From IMG/VR virus record IMGVR_UViG_3300029825_000558: a stretch of DNA of 28,443 bases. The stretch is one strand, 5' to 3'. Made by a program: the position numbers and the translations under genes. Source of the DNA: a virus. The notes beneath the pieces are model-generated. The model did no database searches. It was not told where the DNA came from and saw only the letters and a list, made by a program, of their open reading frames with translations. Below, in pieces: positions 16,285 through 22,674 of this stretch (position 1 is the first letter of the stretch; each line of letters opens with the position of its first letter).

Positions 16285-16334
16285 CTTCTACTCCTCTACC
16301 AAACTCGATACTCTCAATTCTTTCAGATTCGTCC

Positions 16335-17099
16335 TCAGCCCGACCCACCTCGCGTGATCTCGCACTTGTCGAGGTACACCGTGATATGACAGGCCGGGCA
16401 GGTCGTCCGATATTGCGACCCTCCGCGATACGTCCAGATGTGGCCGCACTTGTGGCACCGGAGCGGGATCCCCTTCATACGGCGGGCCTGCTCCTCACAG
16501 GCCGCCCTCACCTCCTCGACGCTCTCCACCTCGTCGGCCCCGGGACCGATCAGGGCCATCCCGCGCTTGTCAACGGCCCAAACCGGATAGGCCGTATCGA
16601 CCCCCTCCGGGATCGGGGCGGACGGGAGCGAGTCCATCTCCACGTAGTCCTCCGCTCTCCGGTCGGCCCGGTCGGCGGTCTCGTCCAGCCGCGTGAGCAA
16701 CTCCACCAACCGGGATACATCTTCCGTATCCCAGGCTCGGATCTCCCGCGCGATTATCCGAGCGGCCCGGTCGAGGACCTCGAGGTACGCGGCCCGGTCG
16801 ATCCCCTCCAAGGCGAAGAGGGCCTCGTCGTAGTCGTCATCTATCCAGATCGTCGTCGCGGCCGAAAGGGCGGGGAGGTGCTCGGTAGGCTCTCCATCTG
16901 TCCCGATCGCGTACTCTGCGACCTCGCGGAGCGGGACCAGCCGCAGCTCCTGCACCAGCACCCCGCGCTCGCTCTCCGTGAGCGAGTCAAGGACCTCGAT
17001 CGCGTCCTCATCCAGCGCGAGGTACTCCCGCGCTTCGTCGTAGTCGAGCCGGACCCTGATCGCCGGCTCGCCGTACCAGGTTGTTGTTTCGTGTTTCAT
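16335..17099 (-). CDS. Acidic protein with C-terminal Zn ribbon (~254 aa, start MKHETTTW)
   Basis: C-terminal CHKCGHIW...CPAC; GAGGGG RBS; stop codon lies inside the 29-bp repeat. Confidence 0.8.
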   Translation of the reverse strand: MKHETTTWYGEPAIRVRLDYDEAREYLALDEDAIEVLDSLTESERGVLVQELRLVPLREVAEYAIGTDGEPTEHLPALSAATTIWIDDDYDEALFALEGIDRAAYLEVLDRAARIIAREIRAWDTEDVSRLVELLTRLDETADRADRRAEDYVEMDSLPSAPIPEGVDTAYPVWAVDKRGMALIGPGADEVESVEEVRAACEEQARRMKGIPLRCHKCGHIWTYRGGSQYRTTCPACHITVYLDKCEITRGGSG

Positions 17100-17329
17100 T
17101 CTTCCCCTCCGATCTCTCTGAGTGACTCCCTGCAGGCCCAGCAATCCTCGCCGGGATCCATTATCCTCCCGCTGTCGTCGCCGGTCCCGCACATCCATCC
17201 CTCGGGGACCTTCCGCCACATGCGCGGCCGCCCGCAGCACGGACACTCAGGACCATCCTCATATCCTACCACCTTCGTATACAGGATCGTAACATGATCC
17301 TTTGTGATTTCCATTGGCTTATGATCCAT
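17096..17329 (-). CDS. Zn-finger micro-protein, 77 aa
   Basis: CPCC...WMCG...CWAC; GAGGAG RBS. Confidence 0.7.
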   Translation of the reverse strand: MDHKPMEITKDHVTILYTKVVGYEDGPECPCCGRPRMWRKVPEGWMCGTGDDSGRIMDPGEDCWACRESLREIGGEE

Positions 17330-17370
17330 TCTTCAATCTCCTCTCCCGCCCACGGGCGGGGAAATGCGGT

Positions 17371-17951
17371 CCCGGGCCTCGAACCCGGGCGGGGCCTGGT
17401 TACCCTCGCCGCTCAGTCAGTCCACTCGATCTCGATCGTCTCTACAGGCCCGTCCTCATCCTCCATTATCACCTCTTTCAGATACCGGAGTTCCTCCCGC
17501 CAAACCGATTCATAGAGATCTGCGTACTCGTCGATCAGCGCATGCTCCTCGGAGGTCAACTCCGCGAAATCCACCGCACGGACCCGCCCCTCCTTAATAC
17601 GCTCCTCCCGGGCATCATTCCAATATTGGGTTGTATCGTCGTCGAGGTCGGTCTCCACGAACCCCTCGGGGTCGTATATCTCCGGCCCAATATAGGTGGT
17701 TCCGCGACCGACCGCGCTGATCTTCGCGGTGCCGTCCGGCCAGACAAAGACGCCCATCCGGTCGCCCCCGGTCGTAGTGGTCTCATTGTTGTGCAGGATC
17801 GCGTCTGCGATCTCATTTCTAGACAGTTTGATTCTCATTCTCGTTCACCTCATTTTTGTTCTAGTTTTGCCCTTTCGGGCGATTCCTAACGGATTTTCTG
17901 AAAGCGGCCCCGGGCCTCGAACCCGGGCGGGGCCTGGTTACCCTCGCCGCT
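17371..17951 (-). repeat. 43-bp GC-rich direct repeat (17371-17413, 17909-17951) with a T-arm-like hairpin, flanking one gene
   Basis: Minus strand AGCGGCGAGGGTAACCAGGCCCCGCCCGGGTTCGAGGCCCGGG in both copies. Confidence 0.9.
17413..17838 (-). CDS. Acidic hypothetical protein, 141 aa
   Basis: Track ORF; GAGGTGA RBS. Confidence 0.8.
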   Translation of the reverse strand: MRIKLSRNEIADAILHNNETTTTGGDRMGVFVWPDGTAKISAVGRGTTYIGPEIYDPEGFVETDLDDDTTQYWNDAREERIKEGRVRAVDFAELTSEEHALIDEYADLYESVWREELRYLKEVIMEDEDGPVETIEIEWTD

Positions 17952-17958
17952 GTTGATC

Positions 17959-18093
17959 TCAGAGGGAGATCCCAAAAACCCTGTACCCGTACTCCCTCAG
18001 TACATCCCCCCACCGGATTTTTGGCTCCTCGTCCTCGTCCGGGATCAGTCCCCGGAGCATCTCAACCGCTTGGGTCATGGTCATTTCAGTCAT
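17959..18093 (-). CDS. Micro-protein, 44 aa (MTEMTMTQAVEMLRG...)
   Basis: Hand translation; GGAGGT RBS. Confidence 0.6.
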   Translation of the reverse strand: MTEMTMTQAVEMLRGLIPDEDEEPKIRWGDVLREYGYRVFGISL

Positions 18094-18116
18094 GATCGTA
18101 CCTCCACTAATGCTAC

Positions 18117-18422
18117 TCAGATCGAAATGATCCGGGCTACTCGCACACTCTCAGCGCTCGCATAGACTGACTGGCCTGTGCGGAGGGCCTCCAGGAGGTC
18201 CTGCCCGTCGTAACTCTCGTTATCGATCGAGAGGTCGTCCCGGGAGACCCTCACCTCCACCACCGCGAGATCCTCCTCATCGTCGCCCTGGTATGCGTAC
18301 TCCTGTGCGACCGCTCTTCGGGGGGTCAGGTAGACCCGCCCGGGGAAAAACCCGGCCTGCTGGATCCCCTCTGCGTTCCGCAGAGAGGTCCCGTGGTAGA
18401 GTGTAATCGAGTTCATAATCAT
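18117..18422 (-). CDS. ADP-ribosyltransferase-fold-like protein, 101 aa
   Basis: LYHGT...GF...VYLT...AQEYA...VVEVRV, typical of the H-Y-class ART/Tpt1-like NAD-binding core. Confidence 0.55.
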   Translation of the reverse strand: MIMNSITLYHGTSLRNAEGIQQAGFFPGRVYLTPRRAVAQEYAYQGDDEEDLAVVEVRVSRDDLSIDNESYDGQDLLEALRTGQSVYASAESVRVARIISI

Positions 18423-18425
18423 TCC

Positions 18426-18467
18426 CTACTACATACTATGTATGCATAGTATAAATAAGTTTCTATT
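18426..18467 (-). promoter_or_regulatory. Promoter/operator copy 1: 27-bp CTACTACATACTATGTATGCATAGTAT containing the palindrome ATACTATG-N4-CATAGTAT
   Basis: Identical 27 bp at 18896-18922; overlaps the TATA box TTTATA on the minus strand. Confidence 0.8.
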
Positions 18468-18885
18468 AGTCCTCTCCCGGGAGCGTGATCGTGATGCACG
18501 GCTGGCCGCTCGGGTCCGCTGCACCGATCCGCATCTCCAGGGTGATCGTCCTGCGCTGCGCTGCTTTTTGGATGTAGATCACGCGGAACCTCAGCCGGTC
18601 CGCGTCCGGCCTGCACCGCGCAGCCATTCGGGCCACCCATAGAGTATCCCACAGTCGCCCCTCTACACTCTGACCGTACGGGACGGATCGCGGGTCAGGG
18701 GTGATGTACTCGTCCCAGAGTGTGCGGGTCACCGAGACCGGGATCGTAAACCCAGCCTCACGGGCCGTCTCGGATACGTCCACCTGATACCCGTCCCGGA
18801 TCGCGTCCTCGCGGGTGTATGCGTAGATCAGATCCCCCTCTCCGAAAAACCGGGTCTCAAGGGTTGTCTGCACTGTTTCGGTCAT
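18466..18885 (-). CDS. DUF6573-like protein, 139 aa
   Basis: LIYAYTREDAIRDG..VDVSETAREAGF.IPVSVTRTLWD...GRLWDTLW pattern. Confidence 0.65.
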   Translation of the reverse strand: MTETVQTTLETRFFGEGDLIYAYTREDAIRDGYQVDVSETAREAGFTIPVSVTRTLWDEYITPDPRSVPYGQSVEGRLWDTLWVARMAARCRPDADRLRFRVIYIQKAAQRRTITLEMRIGAADPSGQPCITITLPGED

Positions 18886-18895
18886 GATCTTACCT

Positions 18896-18988
18896 CTACT
18901 ACATACTATGTATGCATAGTATTTATTACTTTCTATTTAGCTCAGATAAGGAACCATCTATATGATTCTGGAACCATCTATATGATTC
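18896..18988 (-). promoter_or_regulatory. Promoter/operator copy 2, plus an upstream 19-bp tandem repeat GGAACCATCTATATGATTC (18950-18968, 18970-18988)
   Basis: Direct reading; TAAATA TATA-like element. Confidence 0.75.
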
Positions 18989-19028
18989 GAGAAGGAGGGG
19001 GCGGGCCGTGGCCCGCCAGGGGGAGGGG

Positions 19029-19238
19029 TTAGACGCGGCGACCGCGGAGATCGGATCGGTCTTTCCGGGACTCGTAATATACCCGGCCGCTCGCACTCCG
19101 CCGCTTGCCCGGCTGCATCGCCTTGCGCGCAGAGTCGCGCTTTGCATGCGACGTCCCGGTCTGGCGGGTGGACGCCTTCAGGACCTGGCGCCCGAACTTC
19201 TTTGACCGGAGAGTCTTCTGAGAGCTCTTTTTGGCCAT
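19029..19238 (-). CDS. Highly basic small protein, ~69 aa (…PGKRRSASGRVYYESRKDRSD…)
   Basis: Track ORF; TATATA box ~25 nt upstream just inside the insert boundary. Confidence 0.7.
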   Translation of the reverse strand: MAKKSSQKTLRSKKFGRQVLKASTRQTGTSHAKRDSARKAMQPGKRRSASGRVYYESRKDRSDLRGRRV

Positions 19239-19248
19239 ACTCAATAGT

Positions 19249-19515
19249 CTATACTCCGGAATATATAGTTTTTGATGCTGCTTTCTGTTCTTTCAGATTC
19301 GTCCTCAGCCCGACCCCGGAGAGCAACAGGAACACTCCAAACTGCGCTCCCAGGTAGAGCGAGCCGGTCAACGCTGCGAACGCAACCCAGGCGCTATTTC
19401 CGGCGATCCAGCACCCGAACCCGGCGGCCCGCTGTCGGGGAGTGGGGCCGGCCACCAGGACCGCCCCGGCGATACTGCCGAGTAAGCCAATGGTTTGCAG
19501 GGCGTTATTCAGCAT
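19249..19515 (-). CDS. Three-TM membrane protein, 88 aa; C-terminus replaced by the 3-kb insertion
   Basis: The original tail LRVSSLVEE is found in frame beyond the other repeat copy at 16288-16317. Confidence 0.75.
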   Translation of the reverse strand: MLNNALQTIGLLGSIAGAVLVAGPTPRQRAAGFGCWIAGNSAWVAFAALTGSLYLGAQFGVFLLLSGVGLRTNLKEQKAASKTIYSGV

Positions 19516-19867
19516 TGTGCCCCCCGAGCGAGATCGCCATGTTGTACCGATCCCGCTCCTCCTCGGTCAGGTTCTCGGGCCGCTCCCTGTCGCGCTTGAA
19601 CACCACACGGTCCTGAACGGCCATACGGAGTTTTGCGCTCCTGATGTCGTAAATCTCCCCCACGATATCATAGATCTCCTGGAGTGTCCGGTAGTGGTCC
19701 CGGTCGCGGGAGTGGTCCAGGTCGATGCCTGCGACGGCTCGCCGGGCGGCCTGCCGGTACAGGATATAATAATCCTCCTCGATGGGGGAGAACCCGTCCT
19801 CGGCGCGTTCGCGTTCGAGGATGTTGCTGAGCCGGTCCCGGAGTTCTTCAAGTTCATCCCAGGTCAT
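19505..19867 (-). CDS. GINS (Gins51/Gins15) A-domain-like protein, ~120 aa (start MTWDELEELRD)
   Basis: NILERERAEDGFSPIEEDYY...EIYDIRSAKL...PENLTEEERDRY resembles the archaeal GINS helical domain (hLRxER...L..DFY...hYxxRxxKh...NLTxEEx.hY); no B-domain. Confidence 0.5.
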   Translation of the reverse strand: MTWDELEELRDRLSNILERERAEDGFSPIEEDYYILYRQAARRAVAGIDLDHSRDRDHYRTLQEIYDIVGEIYDIRSAKLRMAVQDRVVFKRDRERPENLTEEERDRYNMAISLGGHNAE

Positions 19868-20054
19868 GACGTGATCCTCTGGCGGCTGCGCGCCGGTCCG
19901 CTTCTGCGAGGGCTGCGGGGTTGTACTCGAGCTTGAATGATTTTCCTCCGCACTGGGGGCAGGACTCCCCCCCGACGGGGATCCGCTGGAGGCATTTTGA
20001 GCAGAGCCAGCGGCCGGTTGTGAGGATAAGTGGTGCCCGGTGATCCTCATGCAC
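19854..20054 (-). CDS. Zn-ribbon protein, 66 aa (WLCSKC...CPQCG)
   Basis: Track ORF; coupled to neighbours. Confidence 0.7.
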   Translation of the reverse strand: MHEDHRAPLILTTGRWLCSKCLQRIPVGGESCPQCGGKSFKLEYNPAALAEADRRAAARGSRHDLG

Positions 20055-20367
20055 ATTCTGACCCCCCAGTAAGTCCGGCAGCGAGGTTTTCCCACCGGTG
20101 ATCGCGCTCGATTGCCCGGCGGCACAGTTCGGCGGCGCGGGGGTGCCAGCGCCAGACGGTCGCCCGGGACCGGGATCCTCCTTTAAGGGGGATGCCGTTT
20201 GGGTCCCGGGCGGGGACGAATATCCCCGGGGTGGTGTAACGGAGCATTACCCCGCGCGGGATGAGGTCTGCGATGTCGGAATAGGTAAACTGTGTGTCAC
20301 CTGTGCGACGGTAGATCTGCACCAAGTGCTCCTCGTTTGCGATCACAGATTGGGATAGGCCTCTCAT
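20047..20367 (-). CDS. Hypothetical, possibly wHTH, protein, 106 aa
   Basis: Track ORF; ATGA coupling; FTYSDIADLI...VWRW. Confidence 0.65.
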   Translation of the reverse strand: MRGLSQSVIANEEHLVQIYRRTGDTQFTYSDIADLIPRGVMLRYTTPGIFVPARDPNGIPLKGGSRSRATVWRWHPRAAELCRRAIERDHRWENLAAGLTGGSECA

Positions 20368-20534
20368 GGGTGCCGCTCCCCCCTATAGTATCCACGGTAC
20401 CAGTTGCACACCGGACACTGCCAGCCGTCATCCAGGGCGAGCATCTCGCCGCACCCGTTCGGGCAGCCAGGGAGGTGGTGAACGGTCGGGGCGTGTTTCA
20501 CAGCCGCGAACGCGCCGCCGGTTTTGCTGCTCAT
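20364..20534 (-). CDS. Zn-ribbon micro-protein, 56 aa (CPNGCG...WQCPVC)
   Basis: Track ORF with start re-assigned to MSSKTGG; GGAGG RBS. Confidence 0.7.
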   Translation of the reverse strand: MSSKTGGAFAAVKHAPTVHHLPGCPNGCGEMLALDDGWQCPVCNWYRGYYRGERHP

Positions 20535-20616
20535 GATTGTGCAGCCTCCCACCGCTCGCGCCGCGAGGTAGCGGGGCCGGGAGACCCGGCGGACGGTGAG
20601 GAGGTGAGGGCTAACA

Positions 20617-20784
20617 TTAGTCCGCCTCCGAGAAGATCGGCCGGGCCCCGATCCAGGTGTTCCGCCGCTTGTAGTAGTTCTTCATGCAAGCGGAGCAGTT
20701 CCAAACCTCCTCGGTGAAGAAGGCGTTTTCCTCGGTACGGATTTTCCGCAGCGAGCGCTTGCAGACGGGACAGAGGTAGCTCAT
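20617..20784 (-). CDS. Zn-ribbon micro-protein, 55 aa (MSYLCPVCK...WNCSAC)
   Basis: Hand translation; ATGA and TAATG overlaps at both ends. Confidence 0.7.
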   Translation of the reverse strand: MSYLCPVCKRSLRKIRTEENAFFTEEVWNCSACMKNYYKRRNTWIGARPIFSEAD

Positions 20785-20909
20785 GCCCGGATCCCCCGGA
20801 TCGCGTCCTCGTTCTGCGGTCTATTCTGAGCCTCGTTTAGAGGCAACAGGCTAAAATAGTAGGGAGTCCCACTAGATTTAGCCCCTTTCACTGGGGTGTT
20901 GCTCGACAT
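20781..20909 (-). CDS. Micro-ORF, 42 aa
   Basis: Hand translation; ATGA-coupled to the next gene. Confidence 0.4.
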   Translation of the reverse strand: MSSNTPVKGAKSSGTPYYFSLLPLNEAQNRPQNEDAIRGIRA

Positions 20910-20959
20910 TTTATAACACACGCTCCGCAGGTTGGGACCGGGAATCCCACCTGCTTTTG

Positions 20960-21072
20960 TTTTGCATATTCTACTACAACAGTCTTTTATTTAAACATTA
21001 TCCTTTGTTATCCTTATCACTCCTTCAATATCCTTAGATAGCATTAAATAATCTACAGTGCAACTCAGTATT
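20960..21072. promoter_or_regulatory. Divergent promoter: TATA TTTAAATA (minus, 20988-20995) and TTAAATA (plus, 21044-21050), with four 10-bp-phased NNNTCCTT repeats between them
   Basis: TCCTT starts at 21001, 21011, 21021 and 21031. Confidence 0.8.
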
Positions 21073-21237
21073 ATGCCAGATGAGGAGGTCCTCACGGTTG
21101 AAGAGGCTGCACGATACCTCAGAGTGCACTACAAGACAGTCTACACACTGATTCGGACTAAAAAACTAAAGGCATCGAAGGTTGGACGACAGTATAGGAT
21201 TAAGATGGAGGATATCCAGAGCTATTTGTGCCCCTAA
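21073..21237 (+). CDS. Excisionase-family (HTH_17/MerR-like) DNA-binding protein, 54 aa
   Basis: Hand translation MPDEEVLTVEEAARYLRVHYKTVYTLIRTKKLKASKVGRQYRIKMEDIQSYLCP. Confidence 0.9.
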   Translation: MPDEEVLTVEEAARYLRVHYKTVYTLIRTKKLKASKVGRQYRIKMEDIQSYLCP

Positions 21238-21259
21238 GGGTTCCCGGCCCTGCACAGAA

Positions 21260-21712
21260 ATGGAGCGTGTAAAAATGGCATTCCGAAAACGTACAGATCA
21301 ACTTTTAATCCGTGTTTTGGTGGGGTTTACCCCGTCACAACTGGAACACATTGATGGCCAGTCAGATTATGGTCGCGGAGCATACCTCCGGTGGCTAGTG
21401 GATCAGGACCGCCGAAGAACACAACTGCAGGAAGGAGCTTATCAGAAGCGACTGGAGGCAGACCCTGATCAACCGTTAGACTATGCGACACCTAGTGATT
21501 ATGAAATCACGTTTGACGCATACCGCGATCACTTTTTCCAACCATTATATGAGGCGTTCAATGATGGCCAGGGGATTGACCATTTGATCCCGACTTTTGC
21601 GGGTTTGATGGAGAAATTGTTACAAAAAAGAGCCCTCGACACCCAGATTCAGGTGTTTTTGAGAGAGAAGATGTTTGAGGTCGGTAACACGAATGATAGT
21701 GAAAGTACTTAA
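21260..21712 (+). CDS. Protein with an N-terminal ribbon-helix-helix-like segment (~150 aa)
   Basis: RVLVGFTPSQLEHID...GRGAYLRWLVDQD; part of track ORF 21182..21712. Confidence 0.6.
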   Translation: MERVKMAFRKRTDQLLIRVLVGFTPSQLEHIDGQSDYGRGAYLRWLVDQDRRRTQLQEGAYQKRLEADPDQPLDYATPSDYEITFDAYRDHFFQPLYEAFNDGQGIDHLIPTFAGLMEKLLQKRALDTQIQVFLREKMFEVGNTNDSEST

Positions 21713-21925
21713 AACTGATATCTATCTATCTATCTATCAGGGGGTTACGACCCCTTTGTCTTTTGCGAGGCTAGTGCCTCGTTTTGCGAGGCTAGTGCCC
21801 GGTTGTAGAGGTTTTTAATTAATAGTATATATAAAAAACTGTAACGAATCTTCATCAGGGAAAAATCGAAACGCATAGAGGTGTTCCCCGGAGGTGATAG
21901 ATAGATAGATGGATATCAGTTTTAA
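21709..21925. repeat. 31-bp inverted repeats (1 mismatch) enclosing 155 bp with two 18-bp direct repeats and an AT-rich TATA element
   Basis: 21709-21739 versus 21895-21925; TTTTGCGAGGCTAGTGCC at 21761-21778 and 21782-21799. Confidence 0.95.
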
Positions 21926-22269
21926 TTAGTTTTAAGGGTGAAAATCAAATATAGTATTACGTTCTAAGGAGATGTTGTTACTTTTCGAGGGGTGCCGCAC
22001 CCAAAACCCCCCTCAAAACCGATCAGAAATGACCCTCGCCCCCTCAAAAAACACCCAACATCTCTAAAAAAGTATAATGTCCGAGAGTCGGGGAGGGACT
22101 GAGGTGGTTGCTCGACACACAAGTTCGGCTCTCCCAACTCGCACTCGTGCAGGCGCTCACAAGTGCCGACAATATCCTATCTCAAAAGGCAGGGCATAAA
22201 CCCCTCACCCCGCGCACCGCGAAAGTGTCCACTCTCATTCACCCGCCCGACGAACATTAACAGATCTGC

Positions 22270-22659
22270 TTAATCCCGCTTCCAAAACAACCTCGTGAAA
22301 AACCCTTCCTTCTTCGCCGGCATCAACGCCAGGATTTTTTCAGATTTCGCCATTTCTGCGTGAAGGAACCCCTCAATCAGAGCCACCCGGTCGCGCAACC
22401 CCTCCCGCTCCAGGTCCGCCAGCCGGGCGACCTGTACATCCCTCTCCTGCACCCGGGCGCGCAGATCAGCCACATCACCAACGAGCCGATCAACATCACC
22501 TGCCGCAGGTGCCTGGCCGAGGGCACTCTCCAGCCGGGCGACCGCTGCGGACAGTTCCTCGATCCGGATATATATGTAGGCTTTGGCAATCTGGATAAGC
22601 ATCTTTGCCGGGTATCTTGAGTACGTGTTCGAGAGGAGATCGGGGGTTCTGGTGTTCAC
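22270..22659 (-). CDS. Coiled-coil protein (start uncertain, possibly 22602), ending KKEGFFTRLFWKRD
   Basis: Track ORF; heptad-like pattern. Confidence 0.55.
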   Translation of the reverse strand: MNTRTPDLLSNTYSRYPAKMLIQIAKAYIYIRIEELSAAVARLESALGQAPAAGDVDRLVGDVADLRARVQERDVQVARLADLEREGLRDRVALIEGFLHAEMAKSEKILALMPAKKEGFFTRLFWKRD

Positions 22660-22674
22660 CGGGCGTCAGCGGTT

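Larger units (their letters stand above)
10098..16302 (-). repeat. Dispersed gene-junction motif, consensus NTGGTAGAGGAG(T/A)GA-N(0-6)-ATG, ~24 co-oriented copies
   Basis: Copies near 10110, 10298, 10495, 10697, 10952, 10970, 12006, 12228, 12461, 12635, 12775, 13105, 13634, 13835 (TGATAGAG variant), 14048, 14360, 14682, 14788, 14949, 15240, 15445, 15551, 15752, 16042, 16297. Confidence 0.92.
16318..19316 (-). mobile_element. ~3-kb inserted gene module flanked by 29-bp direct repeats, without its own recombinase
   Basis: TTCTTTCAGATTCGTCCTCAGCCCGACCC at 16318-16346 and 19288-19316; removing the insert restores a gene ending ...GLRTNLKELRVSSLVEE. Confidence 0.8.

Noticed and set aside
10098-16302. 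CRISPR array or classical integron
   Set aside because: The repeats are short (~11 bp core) and degenerate, the intervening DNA is whole ORFs of very variable length, there are no attC-like palindromes or cas genes, and int is convergent at the distal end rather than divergent at the array head.
16386-17297. 303-aa plus-strand ORF
   Set aside because: Exact antisense of the acidic Zn-ribbon gene; no RBS or domain; GC-rich shadow.
17366-17951. True tRNA genes
   Set aside because: Only ~50 nt, no anticodon arm, and a non-canonical T-loop end (TTCGAGG); kept as a structured repeat.
19868-20125. N-terminal extension of the 206-aa track ORF
   Set aside because: Ser/Pro/Gln-rich shadow overlapping two better Zn-ribbon/wHTH genes; start re-assigned to 19867.
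21745-21876. 43-aa minus-strand ORF inside the inverted repeats
   Set aside because: No RBS, and it runs through the TATA element and the direct repeats; likely incidental.
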